Origin: Octopus sinensis
Lineage: Eukaryota
Assembly (NCBI RefSeq): GCF_006345805.1
Contig: NC_043018.1
Span: 29,512,001-29,576,000 of the forward strand
Length of the DNA stretch: 64,000 nucleotides
Direction of reading: 5' to 3'
Positions 27,775-42,210 of the stretch are shown here, piece after piece (the first letter of the stretch is position 1; each line of letters opens with the position of its first letter). The notes beneath the pieces are model-generated. The model was not told the origin of the DNA, ran no database searches, and saw only the letters and a program-made list of their open reading frames with translations. A program made the translations under genes and the position numbers.

Positions 27775-28557
27775 ACTTATGCGTGTGTGCGTACATATAT
27801 ATATATATATATAACAATTATATGTGTGTGTCTGTGCCTGTATCTGTATGTCTGTGTGTGTATTATGACTGTATATACGTGTATATATATATATATATGT
27901 GTGTATAAATTTATGCATGTATGTATGTGAAATGGTGTGTATGTGTCTGCATGATTCTAATGTACTCTGCCTATGTGTTTTGTAAATGGAGTTTTCGCTG
28001 GTGGAGATCGTAATGAGAGATAGCTAACATTTATTAAATAACAATTTGCAAAAACTCTGTATGAACCCATGGGAAATATAGAAGCAAGCGGAAAGTCCAG
28101 AAACATACTTCGATATTTCAAACATAGCATTTGTTATGTATTTACATGGACTAAGCAGAGTATGTTATTGCCAAATCAATAATTTGCCAACCTTGGAAGT
28201 CTGTTTTACAACTTAATGGCTCTCCAAATATTAATCTATCAAAAAATAGAAGAGAAAAAATGAAATAAATTAAAAAATAAATGATAAAAGTGAATATTTT
28301 TTTCCGAAACTACACCGATGTAAAAAAAAGAAAAAAAACTGTCTTTTATTTCATTTCATTTTGAATCATTTTTCATTTACATAAAAAATTAAAACAGAAA
28401 TACAACACTGAAACATGTATAAGACAAAAAAAAAGGAAAACTTGAACCACTGATAGAATTAGTGAAAAGAATGGTGATAGACTGAGCTAGTAATACAACG
28501 CTATAGGCAGAAAATAATGAGTCACTCTATGCCTGTATATGTAAATCACTTGAGAAA

Positions 28558-29297
28558 TGGCGGCGAGCTGGCAGAAACGTTAGCGCGCCGGGCGAAATGC
28601 CTAGCGGTATTTCGTCTGCTGCTACGTTCTGAGTTCAAATTCCGCCGAGGTCGACTTTGCCTTTCATCCTTTCGGGGTCGATTAAATAAGTACCAGTTAC
28701 GCACTAGGGTTGATATAATCGGACTTAATCCGTCTGTCTGTCCTTGTTTGTCCCCTCTGTGTTTAGCCCTTTGTGGGTAGTAAAGAAATAGGTATTTCGT
28801 CTGCCGCTACGTTCAGAGTTCATATTCCGCCGAGGTCAACTTTGCCTTTCATCCTTTCGAGGTCGATTAAATAAGTACCAGTTACGCACTGGGGTCGATA
28901 TAATCGACTTAATCCGTTTGTCTGTCTTTGTCTTCTCTGTGTTTAGCCGCTTGTGGGTAGTAAAGAAATAGGTATTTCGTGTGGCGTAAAGCGCTGAGTT
29001 CAAATTCCGCCGAGGTTGACTTTGCCTTTTATCGTTTCGGATTCGATAAATTAAGTACCAGTTACGCACTGTGGTCGATGTAATCGACTTAATCCCTTTG
29101 TCTGTCCGTTAGCACGCCGGGCGAAATGCTTAGCGCTATTTCGTATGTCTTTCGTAAGTTCAAATTCTGCCAATATCAACTTTGCCTTACATCCTTTCGA
29201 GGTCGATAAATTAAGTACCATCTGCGTACTGGGGTCGATATAATTGACTTGCCCACTCCTCAAAAAGTTTTCACCTTGTGCCGAGAGTAGAAAAGAA
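28558..29297 (+). mobile_element. Tandem multimer of SINE family A
   Basis: Body restarts at GGTATTTCGT at about 28606, 28791 and 28971, then a further copy from about 29108. Confidence 0.9.
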
Positions 29298-29565
29298 TCG
29301 TTAGCACGTCAGACAGTAAAGCTGAGGAACACTTTCCCTCCGAGTATTTACGTTCTGATTTCATTTCTCGTCGACGTCCCATGTATCTTTCTTATCTTCG
29401 ATCATTGGTTTCGATGTAATAGATCCGTCCCTATTCTGATGTCATATCAATCACTTATACACCATGGCAAACAGGTACCCGATTTTATGAGACCTTGTGG
29501 CCAAGAAGAAATTTTATAAAGTAGTTGCGAGAGTGTCGATAAGGCCGAACATGTTCCTTAAAAGA

Positions 29566-29602
<37 letters not shown>

Positions 29603-29972
29603 CACATATATCGGTGTATCAACAGACTTGTACCAACTCCGCGAATGAGTACTTTACATTCATAACTATTAAAAATTGCATTTTCAAAAATCGTATTTTG
29701 CAGTTTTACGTCTCCGATAAAATTTTAAAATAACTTTGAGGACGGTAGACCCATTCGCATGAACCCTTGTCACTACTAATCTCTACCTTTCGCATTATTA
29801 GTTTTTTTTTTATGTTTGACGCATCAACGTTGCTCGAAATACAATTTCCGAACAAATCCCTGCAAAATATCATTTAAAATATGCATTTAAAAATTCTTAT
29901 AAGGAAGCAAAGCTTGGAAGGGGAATATTATCATATTCATTATCTCAAGAAAAAAAATAAAATAAAGGGTTT

Positions 29973-30344
29973 GGATCTTTTCTGTTCGAACGGCAGTTTT
30001 TAACATAATTTCTAGGTAACTAAAAAAATTTAAACTTCGTATACTGGTAGAATGTATTTATAAAACATCTTTTTCTCTTGGCTTTATTGAGATAATTCGA
30101 TAGTTTGTAAGATATTTGTTGTTTTTTTTCTTCAATTTCTGTAATTTTAACCAATCAGTGATGTCTATTGAGTTAAAAAAGCATTCTGTGCCGTATGAAT
30201 ATACCCTTCCCCCACCCTTAACCCTAACTAACCCTAACCCTAAAAGAGATTCAAATGCAATAGATCGATTCTAGGGTCATAATTATGGGTGACAATTTCA
30301 TATGACACCACTAGAAAAAACTGCCGTTCAAACCGAAAAGATCC
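29973..30344 (+). mobile_element. MITE with GGATCTTTTCGGTTTGAACGGCAGTTTTT-type TIRs and internal (CCCTAA)n
   Basis: About 29-bp TIRs; flanks AAGGGTTT/AAGGTTTT, a probable 8-bp TSD. Confidence 0.88.
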
Positions 30345-30955
30345 AAGGTTTTTCTTTCGAACTTTAAGCTCTTAGGGCCTATTTTCCTGCTTGTGTGGCA
30401 TATATTTTCACCCCGCAACCACATGGACAGGACGCAGTTCCACACCCATTTTTGACAGAAGTGAAATGAAATGATACGAATCGAAACCGCCATCTTAGGT
30501 TCATTAATGTAAACACTCTCATGACTGAGACACGCACCTTTGCCATTCGTTATCTTCAACCACGCAAAAACTCATCTCGGAAAAAAAAAATTATTTAGTT
30601 TTGTCTATCTAAGAACATTATCAGGAAAACAAATCGGCTTGTACTAATTAGAAGCTTATATATCCTGAGCTTTCAATTTGCATATATTGTCTGGACAGAT
30701 ATATATCTTCATTTCAAAAACATCTTTCGAAATGTTTCAAGTAATAATTTTTTCTTTTTTTTTTTTTCCTCTCCGAACTGAGTTGTCAATTTAACATTAC
30801 GGTTAGAAAGAAAAAAATAATGAGTTAAAGTTGGAGAATGACAGTGACCGTGCACGAACTAAGTATAAAGTTGTAGCAAGTGAACTTAGTGATTTACCTG
30901 AAAGGTCAAAACGAAAACAAATTTGTGAACGACAGTGATAAAAAAAAAACAAATA

Positions 30956-31382
30956 TTCGGTTTGAACTGCAATCTTTAACATAATTTCCAGATAACTATA
31001 AAATTTTAAACTTCGTATACTGGTAGAATTTGTTTATAAAACATCTTTTTCTCTTGGCTTTATTGAGAAAATTCTATAATTTGTAAGATATTAGTTGTTT
31101 TTTCTTCAATTTCTGCAATTTCAACTAATCACTGAAGTCTATTGAGTTAAAAAAAAACATTCTGTCCCGTATGAATATGTCCCTCGTTTAAGAAACAGAT
31201 TGGGTTTATTTACATTTCTGAAGAAAAAAAGATACCCTTCCCTCCACCCCTAACCCTAACCCTAACTAACCCTAACCCCAAAACAGATTGAAATGCAATA
31301 GATCGATAGTAGAGTCATAATTATAGGTGACAATTTCATATGAGACCGATAGAAAAAACTGCTGTTCAAACCGAAAAGATCT
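30956..31382 (+). mobile_element. Same MITE family, left TIR truncated
   Basis: Aligns with 29973-30344; CAAATATT on both flanks. Confidence 0.85.
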
Positions 31383-32029
31383 CAAATATTTCATTTTAAA
31401 ATTGATTTCAAACTATGGCACAAGGCTACCAAATTTCGTGGAGTGGATAGGCTGATTATATAGACACCAAACCTCAAATGCTGCTTGTTTTATCGATCTC
31501 GCAATGCTGGAAGGCTAATTCGAACTCGGAGGTATTTAAGCCCAGAACGTACAGGGAGACAAAATGCTGCTAAACAATTGTCCCGGCGTGGTAACGATTC
31601 TGCCAGCTCACGGCCTTTATTTTTTTTTCTTCTTACCATTTTAATATTACGTGTATACGTAAGGCAGTGAGCTGGCAGAATCGTTAGCGCGCCGGGTAAA
31701 AATTCTTAGCGGTATTTTGTACGTCTGTACGTTCTGGTTTCAAATTCTTCAGACATACAAACATATATTCTTTCACTTGTCTCAGTCATTTGACATGCGT
31801 CAAAGGCAGAGCACCGCCTTAAAGGATTCTAGTCGAAGAAATCGACCCCAAGATTTATTCTTTGTAAGCCTAGAACTTACTCAACCAGTGTGTTTTGAAG
31901 GCGTAAAAATGTAAAGTTATGGAAACGTAAACACACCAACATCGTTTGTCAAGCGATGGCAGAGGTACAAGCACAGACAAAAAGACACACACACAAACAT
32001 ATCTCACTCTTCCTCTCTCTTTCTCTTCC

Positions 32030-32097
<68 letters not shown>

Positions 32098-32639
32098 ATA
32101 CGACGAGCTCTTTTTCAGTTTCCGTCTACCAAATCCACTCAGAATGCTTTTAATGGAAGACACTTGCCCAAGGTGCCACGCAGTGGGACTGAATCCGGTA
32201 CCACGTGGTCGGCAAGCAATCTTCTTACCACACAACCATATATTAAAAAAGAAGTAGAATGTATTAATAAATCCAGGCAGATATTTTAAAAGCACTCAGT
32301 GAAATGAGAATTTGGTTAACTACATCAAACAATATACGTGTGCATGTGGCGTGTGTGTGTATGTGTGTGTGTGTGTGTGTGTGTGCGTGTGTGTGTGTGC
32401 GTGTGTGCGTGTGTGTGTGTGAGCGAACTAATATCCTAACTACAAAGTAGATGCAGTAGAATCGCGTCAGTAACCAGTGCAACTAAAAGGTTGATATCAA
32501 ATGATAAATGTTTAATCGATGTTAACAGTTTTCGTATGCTTGTGAATTGCTAATATGTATCTTCCAGGCTACAATCGAATTCCTTTCCCAAAACAGTCTC
32601 AGATCAAATCACTACCCTGGCAAGTAAGCCTCCAATCGG

Positions 32640-32862
32640 GGAACTGCCAAAAACGTTAGCATGCCGGGCGAAATGCTTAGCCATATTTCGTCTGCCGTTA
32701 CGTTCTGAGTTCAAATTCCGCCGAGGTCGACTTTGCCTTTCATCCTTTCGGGGTCGATAAATTAAGTACCAGTTAAGCACTGGGATCGATGTAATCGACT
32801 TAGTCCATTTGTCTGTCCTTGTTTGTCCCTTCTATGTTTAGCCCCTTGTGGGTAATAAAGAA
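32640..32862 (+). mobile_element. SINE family A copy
   Basis: Match to consensus. Further copies at -23445-23600, -31410-31615 and -33468-33680. Confidence 0.88.
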
Positions 32863-32877
32863 ACATATAATAACTTT

Positions 32878-33190
32878 TGGAGCCGTAATGGCCCAGTGGT
32901 TAGGGCAACGGACTCGCGGTTGGAGTATTGCGGTTTCGATTCCCAGACCGGTCGTTGTGTGTGTATGTGTGTTTTTAGCTAAAATATCTAAAGCTCCACG
33001 AGGCTCCGGCAGTGGCGGGTGGCGACCCCCGTTGTACTCTTTCGCCCCAACTTTCACTCTTTCTTCCTGTTTCTTGAATAACGCTGCGATGGCCTGGCGT
33101 CCCGTCCAGCTGGGGGGAACGCATGCACAATAGAAACCGGGAAACCAGGCGCATGTGCCTGGCTAGGCTTTAAAAGGGCGCATAAATAAA
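32878..33190 (+). mobile_element. SINE family C, tail type 2 (V-domain-like)
   Basis: Same head and body; tail GCGATGGCCTGGCGTCCCGTCCAG. Similar copy at 42620-42890. Confidence 0.8.
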
Positions 33191-34434
33191 ATGATAAATA
33201 ATAACTTTTATTTTATGAAAACCTTTTTTTTTCAAATGTTGTAAATATGTCAAGGACTTGTGGCAAAAACGTTTTATGAATACATACACACACACACACA
33301 CACACATAGACATATATATATATAGAGAGAGAGAGACAAATGTTAATATGACTCATCTTGTCAGATGACAGCCATCTCAAATGAGGCACCTTTACGTCTT
33401 TCAATTTAAGTTTCTTCAATAGTTTTACTACTCTCTTGGTCATCATAGTAGATTCCAGTGATAAATGTTCTTTTCTACTCGAAGCAAAAGGGCTGGAATT
33501 TTTAGGAAGGGGGCCAGTCGATTAGATCAACACCAGTACGCAACTGGTACTGAATTTATCGACATCGAAAGGATGAAAAACAAAGTCTACCTCAGCGGAA
33601 TTTGAACTCAAAACGTAATGATAGACGAAATACTGCTATGTATTTCGCCCGACGTGCTAACGTTTCTTCCAGCCTGCTGCCTGTTTTAGACTACAATACT
33701 TATATCAGAGTGTTTTTCTCCTACAAGAACTGCTTTTCGCGACGCCTTAGTGAAAAATAGCGTGAGCCCCCTCTAACGCTGAAAATTCTATTTAACTCAT
33801 AGATTGAACCTTGACATGTGCTATCGCCGTACCAGGTCAGAAGCGACCTGAGAGTAATGGTAATTAAAGAGTTCTTCGACGCTCTGCACAGCTCCCGAAA
33901 CTGATGTCTCAGCACCGAATACAGTTTAATGTCATACCCAGAAAAACGTGTATATATTAGAGATAAAACCACTATTAGGCAAATCAAACAGTGAAAATCA
34001 TAAACCAATACATAGAAATAAAATTAATTAATAAAAAATATATAAAATATAATATATATATTTTAATATATATCTATTTATACTATAAAATTAGATTTAA
34101 TCCTAAATCTAATTTTTCCCTGTAAATTTGGATTTACTCCCTAATATTATATATATATATATATATAGGTTAAAAAAACCTTTTGTTGGGGAAACACACG
34201 TGGTGGATATATAGAGAGAGAGAAAGAGAAAAGATTTAAAATCACAGAAGATTTGTTTAACAGGATTTAAGAGTATATCAGCGCCATGTTAATAAAGATA
34301 TGCACTTTGGTAGAAAATAAGGTTTTGTTCTTTCAAAATAATTGGAATAAGAACCGGCTCCGCATTACTCATCAAAGTGAGAGTTATAAAAGATAATTAT
34401 ATATATATATACATATAATATATATATATATTCA

Positions 34435-34562
34435 CAGGGGTGATTCAAAAGTCGCCATATATAAGAACAATATATTTTTTTATAAGAAACAGTTTTCTTT
34501 ATTTAACTGTTGCTTATAAGAAAATAAATTTCGTCTATGTATGGTGACTAGTGAATCACCCT
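34435..34562. mobile_element. Tc1/mariner-type mini-MITE
   Basis: TIRs CAGGGGTGATTCAaaAGTCGCCATA / TATGGTGACTagTGAATCACCCT. Confidence 0.6.
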
Positions 34563-34573
34563 ATACACCAATG

Positions 34574-34609
<36 letters not shown>

Positions 34610-35115
34610 GTATACATATATAGACACATGCACACGTACGCACATACACACAACCCCCACACACATATTTATACAAATATGTTTCTGACACTCTAGTACT
34701 GAAAAGAGGCAGCAATAACCAGAAACCAGGGCTTTGCTGTAATATTTTAACCTGAAAAGGACATCTCCTCTAGCTGGCTAACGGTACACAGCTGCATCGT
34801 TACACACACAAACACACATGTATGTATGTATGTATGTATGTATGTATGTATGTATGTATGTATGTATGTATGTATGTATGTATGCATGCATGTATGTATA
34901 TGCATGAAATTCATATGCAAGCGCATTTGTGTTCCGGTGTTGTAAAATGGGGAGATGCAGTACTTTACTGAGTGAAATAAAAATTGACAAATGGGAGAGA
35001 AACCTAACAGTCTTTCATGTGTATCACAAAACTTACTTTAGACATCAAAAGCGTGACTAACAACGCAATTCCGTCTCTAGTCAATTAACATTCATTAGAA
35101 TATATACACGGATAA

Positions 35116-35162
<47 letters not shown>

Positions 35163-35175
35163 GATAGATAGATAT

Positions 35176-35214
<39 letters not shown>

Positions 35215-35436
35215 TAACTATAACTTTCCATATTCTACCATATTATATGAGTGCATATAATTGTGTGTATATATATATATGGATGTATATATATATATGA
35301 GTATATATGTATGTACTAGTTTTGGACACACACAACATATATATATATATATGCAAACACATATATATATATATATATGTATGTATATATATATATATAT
35401 ATGTAGATATTTGCAGGGCTTACTGCTAGGGAGTCG

Positions 35437-35477
<41 letters not shown>

Positions 35478-35639
35478 TATATATATATATATACATATTA
35501 TATATATATATGTATATAATTTATATTTATATATACATATATATATGTATTATAATTTATATATGTATATATACATATATAATGTATATATATTTATATA
35601 TGTTATATATACATATATATATATATACATAATATAAAT

Positions 35640-35872
35640 ATTAGGGAATAAATCCAAATTTACAGGGAAAAAATCAGATTAGGATTAAATCCAATTTTAT
35701 AGTAAAATATTATAAAATATTATTGAGACAAAACCACTATTTTGCAAACAACAAGGAAAGACTTAATCAATACATAAAATTTTAATAAATAGTCAAAAAA
35801 CCGCCACTACAATTGTTTCTTGTCTTGATCGACAATCTTCAGGTGGACTTCCAATAAGTCAGTTTCAAATTA
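35640..35872 (-). mobile_element. HHR-bearing pseudo-LTR/retrozyme-like fragment in (TA)n
   Basis: Contains a canonical HHR. Related fragments at 33955-34150 (internally inverted) and 24405-24525. Confidence 0.65.
35804..35846 (-). ncRNA. Minimal type I HHR, fully canonical
   Basis: Minus strand reads CCAC CTGAAGA TTGTC gatcaa GACAA GAAA CAATTG TA GTGG. Palindromic ACAATTGT stem III; GUA triplet. Confidence 0.9.
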
Positions 35873-35954
35873 TTTCCATTGGACGATTTTAAACTGATAC
35901 ATATTGATCATGCATAGCAGTTGTTTCGCGTCTACTGTGTATATATGCATGCGA

Positions 35955-35999
<45 letters not shown>

Positions 36000-36313
36000 T
36001 GTGTATATATATGTGTATATATATATATTATATATATATATATATATATATTTACATATATATGTATCTATACATATATATATGTATATATATATATATG
36101 TGTGTGTGTGTATATATATGATTATATATATGTATATGTATATATATATATTTACATATATATATATGCATATATCTATATATATATATATATAATATAT
36201 ATATATATATATAGAGATATATATTATATATTCGCATGCATATATACACAGTAGACGCGAAACAACTGCTATGCATGATCAATATGTATAAGTTTAAAAT
36301 CGTCCAATGGAAA
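35873..36313. repeat. About 95-bp inverted duplication around a (TA)-rich tract
   Basis: 35873-35967 is nearly the reverse complement of 36219-36313. Confidence 0.88.
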
Positions 36314-36767
36314 ATTCCTCTGAAATTCCAATCATTCCCCACTCTATCACAACTTCTGGTTCCGTTCTAAAGTGTTCTGCCAGTGTTTAAGCAGATTTTC
36401 GCGAGATTATTTTTATCGCAATTCTATCTTAGTTATAAATATTCATCTATCGACAAAATAATAATCTGTTTTAATAAATGCATCAAAATATATCTCTCTT
36501 TTGCTTCATAAACAAGTTTACATATAGTTGTTCGCCTGTGTGTGTATGTTTGCCCGCCTGTGTGTGTATATATTCCCGCCTGTATGTGTGTATGTGTGTG
36601 TGTGCGTGTGTGTTTTTTGTGTGTGTAGTGCCGTATACGGAAGTAATTTGGTGGCCACCACTACAATCTACTCGCGCATATTTTATAGATCCACATAGTG
36701 GTGATGAATGTTATATACTAAGCGTCTCTCTCTCTCACACACAATCTCTGTCTTTCTCTCTCTGTCC

Positions 36768-36807
<40 letters not shown>

Positions 36808-36889
36808 TACACAAACAAAAACTTAGTAATTTAAACGCTGTAAGCAATAGTTTTCCCATCACAGTATTTCATAACACACTATCGTTATC

Positions 36890-37260
36890 TCGCCGGGCGA
36901 AATGCTTAGCAGCATTGCGTCTGCCGTTTCGTTCTGAGTTCAAATTCCGCCGAGGTCGACTTTGCCTTCCATCCCTTCGGGGTCGATAAATTAAGTACCA
37001 GCTACGCACTGGGTTCGATGTAATCCACTTAATCCGTTTGTCTGTTCTTGTTTGTCCTCTCTGTGTTTAGCCCGTTGTAGGTAGTAAAGAAATAGGTATT
37101 TCGTCTGTCTTTATGTTCTGAGTTCAAATTCCGCCGAGGTCGACTTCGCCTTTCATCCTTTCGAGTCGATAAATTAAATACCAGTTGCGTACTAGGGTTT
37201 ATCTAATCGACTGGCCTCCTCCCCAAAACTTTCAGGCCTTGTGCCTAGCGTAGAAAAGAA
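36890..37260 (+). mobile_element. SINE family A dimer
   Basis: Two bodies joined at AAGAAATA|GGTATTTCGT (37094). Confidence 0.88.
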
Positions 37261-37813
37261 TGAAACTAGATGTTTGGCGTCGATGATATAGTAAAAGATA
37301 TAGAAAACAAAACAGATTGTAGAAATTATGCGATTAGGAGTATGAGCTAAGGTAAGTAAATTAGATTGACATTCAGATTAAAGGTAGAAGATAGTACGAA
37401 ACATAAAACTGTCACGTGATAAATGTATAGAAATAGAAATATATGAAAATAATTATGGAGCATAATACAAACAATAAAACCGAAATATTCAAAACAAAGT
37501 CATCGCGTATTACCAAGTATATAAAATTATATGAATATAAACAAATGAAAAAACAATAAAAAACATGTAAAAACAGTCATATAAAAATTGGAAATGTACA
37601 AATATAAAAAGCCACGTACCAAATTTTATAAGTTTAAAATAACTGAATATAAATATATGAATAAATTGCATTCAATTGCGTAAACAATAGGTAATATTAA
37701 CGTATTAAAATATATTAGATCATATAAAATTATATCTACAAAAATAATTGGAATTTTGAGGAAGAATACGTATATATATATATATATAGATATATACATG
37801 TGGCACCATCCAA

Positions 37814-37865
<52 letters not shown>

Positions 37866-38535
37866 GGAGTGTATCAAATATATATGGATAGAAGGAAAAA
37901 CAATGAAGTATATCAAAGCTGATAAAAATATAGAACGTATCGAAGTGCATTGTAAAATTATGTATATTATTGTTAAAAAATAATGTACGCACCGAATAAA
38001 GGAAGACCATGGTAAAATGACCGAAATTTATCAAAAGTTAGTCCAAAAATTGACAAAGCTAGAGAAACCTAAGAATTAGGGGGAAGAAAGGAAGTTCAGT
38101 TGGCAGCTATAAGAAATTGCAAATTAAAGCTTATATTGTATAAAATGTGTTATGTATTTGATCGGCTAATTGAAGTATACTAGTTAGTATAAATGAGAAT
38201 ACGCAGAACAATCTGAGGAGAGTGTCATATGCGCAGTCATAGCGCAGAGGTCGCAGGAATTATTAAATAGAGATATCGTGGAGTGTTTATTGAAGATACA
38301 GAGTTGGAGAGAAATAAGAGAACATCAGGAACGTTTAATATTATAACAATTCGACGTTGAGAGGTCGTACATCATATCAGTATGTGTATTTGTATGTATG
38401 TTTATTGTTCTAGTTTTCTTTAAGTTCTTCTTGTGAGAGTTCAAGTCGGTCGCTAACAAAACGACAAGACATTTTGACTTAAGAGAGTTCTCGGTATTCG
38501 TAAATATGTAACTGACTCAGTAACTTGGTCGAGCT

Positions 38536-38599
38536 GTGGATGCATTCACCCAAGTGGATGCATACACCAAAGTGGATGCATACACCAAAGTGTATGCAT
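38536..38599. repeat. 18-bp tandem repeat x 3.5
   Basis: GTGGATGCATACACCAAA starting at 38536, 38554, 38572 and 38590. Confidence 0.85.
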
Positions 38600-38850
38600 T
38601 TATTCACCTAAAAATCTCAGATGGATAATTTTTAGAATGTCTTACAGATCCTCACTGCATCAATGTTACTTTGCTCTTTCTTCGTAAAACCTAGCATTGC
38701 TACATTTTAGGGCAATTTTCTGGTACTTACATACAAATGAAAATTCATAGTCAAGCTACAAAAACCGTAAGTTCCGCATTTATTCACCATATTCTCATTT
38801 TTCCCGTCATATCTGTTTCAAATGACTGAAACGAGTAAAAGAGTATATTT

Positions 38851-39027
38851 TACTGTGTCTGGGGAGAGTCATTCTCTTTTAGTTCCTTAGTCACCCACTA
38901 TTTAAAAGGTTGCAAGTCGCAATGAAAATTTTAGTAAATTATAACAAGTAAACGAACGGGAATCAGACCGGTGAGTGTATTAAATTAATAAGGTACGAAA
39001 CGAGAATGACTCTTCCCAGACGCAATA
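38851..39027. mobile_element. MITE with about 30-bp TIRs
   Basis: TACTGTGTCTGGGGAGAGTCATTCTC ... GAGAATGACTCTTCCCAGACGCAATA. Confidence 0.7.
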
Positions 39028-40170
39028 ATATATTTCATAGAAAATCTGTAGAGATGACATTTAAAAGTTACATGGTAGCACTGGTAACACGGTAACACAC
39101 AGTATTGACATATAAAGTGTTTAATAAACTTTGTAGTACATTTTGGTTGCGATGTCTCTAGAAGTAACGAATGTGTATAAACGTTCCCCATCGTCGCCAT
39201 CATGATACTTCATTTTTCCAAACTGTTTCAGAATCGATTGTGTGGCGGATAAAATTCTTTGTGGAATGTTATCTTGAGCAGATACGCCTTTCTCTCGTCA
39301 GGAGTATTTCAGAATAGGAACTATGTTTTCTTGGATAAGTTTCAAAAGAAAATTTCTGTACCCGGTTGCTCATCCATAACATGTTGCAGTGACAGTGAGT
39401 TTAATCCTTAGGCAGAATTTTATTTTTCTGATTTTGATTCCATTCAACTAAAACTGGTTTTCACCGGAGAAACAACCATTCATACAAAATTGAAAATTAA
39501 CAGGAAATATACAAAGAAGAAACAACGAAAAGAGAAAATTAACGCAACTAATTTCACAGCATGAGACATCGCGTTTTAGCAGAACAAATATTATTTTAAT
39601 GATTAAAAACGTTCCTTTCAACAATCTGAATGATGCTGTTTAACAACGAGATCAACAACCCACACAGGCAAACTTTGCCAAACCCACAAAAGATATTAAT
39701 TTTAATCATTGAATGTGTCGTTTTGAGCGAAGATAGGATTGTCTGAAGTTTTGTCGCCAGTATTATGGACAACAATGAAACAAGTCGTATTAATAAACTT
39801 GCAGAGAAAATGTTTACTGTGGAAAAGTATATGATTAAGTGAATTAGATTTTATCCAAGAAATACTAAAGTGAGAAGTCATAAACATCTATATCTTTAAA
39901 GAAACAGGTGTTTTTTGTTAACCTCCAAAGAAACAAGAAGTGGATCTAGCTGATGTGTGGAACGATACGGAGTATCTTATGCATAGATATTAAGCATCTT
40001 ATGCATGGTTTTAAAAATGATGGTGTAGTTCATTCCACGATGCATGGGATGACACAGCATGAAGATCTGTTTAAATAGCGTAAACAGAAGATATGTACCA
40101 ACGTGATAAACTCCAGGTAAACGGGAAGAGTATGTATGCTTGGATTAGCGATCCTAAGGACTCCTAAGAA

Positions 40171-40356
40171 CCCTCGTTTAAGAAACAGATTGGTTTTATT
40201 TACATTTCTGAAGAAACAAAAGATACTCTTCCCCCTAATTCTAACCTTAACCCTAAAACAGATTGAAATGCAATAGATCGATACTAGGGTCATAATTATG
40301 GGTAACAATTTCATATGACACCACGAGAAAAACTGCCGTTCAAACCAAAAAGATCC
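40171..40356 (+). mobile_element. Same MITE family, right-half fragment
   Basis: Homologous to 31181-31382 and ends in the TIR. Confidence 0.8.
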
Positions 40357-41695
40357 ATATAATGTAAAAATATAAAACAAAGCTATATAGGCCCATAGGC
40401 CTACTTACGACCAGTCGGTCAGAACCAAATATGGTCGTATGTCGACGACGACCTGTACTTTATTCAGTCCGATTGACCCCAATACATTTAGTTCTCTCAT
40501 AAGTTTAACAAAAATTATGTTCACTCATACAAACAGCAGGGGGGGATAGAGAGGAGGAGGAGAAGAGAGGGGGAGAGGTGTAGAAACAGAAGGGGTGAAA
40601 GAAGAGAAGAATAGAAGGGGAGGGACAGAGAAGGAGAAGGAGAGAAAAGAGGAGGGAAAGAGAATGGTGAGGAAGAGAATAAGCCAGCGTCAAATCAGTG
40701 ACGCCAAATAGACGGCGCCAATGCAGTTGCGCCAAAACGTACCAAGACTATGAGTATCTTAGTTTCCAAACTTTTGTAGCTGCACAAATCTATAAAAATA
40801 ATTAAGAATGGTGGCTGATTCTCTGATTTTGCAATAGGAGATGTTTTCATTTTGATGTTAATCTTCTTCTAGCCTCAAGATATGAAGAAGACAGCATTTT
40901 ATATACCAAGATGTTCCAACAATTTTAGGTAAGTCAAAAGAATTTTTAAATACAGAATTCAATTGGTTTCTCCACCAGAAAATTGGATAACGTTGGTAAA
41001 ATTCAGATGATGCTGTTATTGTTGTTGGTGTTGTTGTTGTTGTTGTTGTTGTTGTTGCTTATGTCATTCAATGAACGGAAATTGAACGACGAAATACATT
41101 TTCTTTATTTTCCACTTTGATAATACGATTTCTATATTCTATGAAATAACCATTTCTCGTGCATAATGGGGACAGCAAAAACCCCACTGTTTCATTTTAA
41201 GTAACTGTGTAATTCGGTGAGCGTACATTCCCAATACATGCAATTAGATTACATACAGGCAAAGCCATGGCTGTGTGGTTTAGGAGCCTGCTTCCCAATC
41301 CTAGAATTTTGTGTTTCAGTCCCACTGTGCAGTACCTTATGCAAGTGAATTCTATTATAGCCCGTGGGGCCGAGTCCTGTGAATGGATATCGTAAACAGA
41401 AAATTAAAAAAAGATTTTCATGTATATGAGAGTGCTTGTACATGTATGTATGTATGTATATATATTATATATAATTATATATATATATTATAGATATGTA
41501 TATATATATATTTATATGTATGTTTTACATATGTCGCTAGATGTAAAATTATAAATGTGATGTGTGTATATATATATATGTTGGTGGCGTGTGTGGATAT
41601 TATATATATATATATAATATATAGATATATATAACTACATGTGGTCTGTTGGTGATTTCTTCTTCTCCTCCTTCTTCGGGTCTCTCCCTTTCTCC

Positions 41696-41728
41696 TTTCC
41701 GACAAAGAGTTATCCTCGAAACGTTAAA
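41696..41728 (+). ncRNA. Degenerate minimal HHR (same family as 4107 and 42176)
   Basis: TTT CCGACAA a GAG ttatc CTC GAAA CGTT AAA, in a fragment 41640-41830 bounded by (TA)n. Confidence 0.55.
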
Positions 41729-41952
41729 CTCTCTCTTTTCCCCAAGCGTGAAGCTAATATACTTTTGGGGCACATCCTCAGGTTCGGTGTTTTTCTTTCT
41801 TCGCTTTCTTATACGTGTAATCCAATTCATTATATATACATACATACATATACACGCCATATACATATATATCTACATATATATATACATATATATGCAT
41901 ATACATATATATATATACATACATCTATATAGATACACACACACACACCATA

Positions 41953-41986
<34 letters not shown>

Positions 41987-42035
41987 CTATATATATATAT
42001 ATATAACATCATTATATATATACTTATATATAGAT

Positions 42036-42080
<45 letters not shown>

Positions 42081-42175
42081 GTCAAATCGAATAAATGAAC
42101 ATTAAAAAAATCAATAACAAACAACAAGAAGATATGCACATTTAATGCAGCCGTTTGATGCTTGGTAAATTGAGC

Positions 42176-42210
42176 TTTTGATATTTCGAGCATAGCTCTT
42201 CGTCGAAAGG
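42176..42210 (-). ncRNA. Degenerate minimal HHR, core UCGACGA
   Basis: Minus strand reads CCTT TCGACGA a GAGC tat GCTC GAAA TATC AAAA. Confidence 0.55.

Noticed and set aside
39200-39400. piggyBac-like transposase C-terminal relic (RNFLLKLIQE)
   Set aside because: Similarity too short and degenerate to support without a search.
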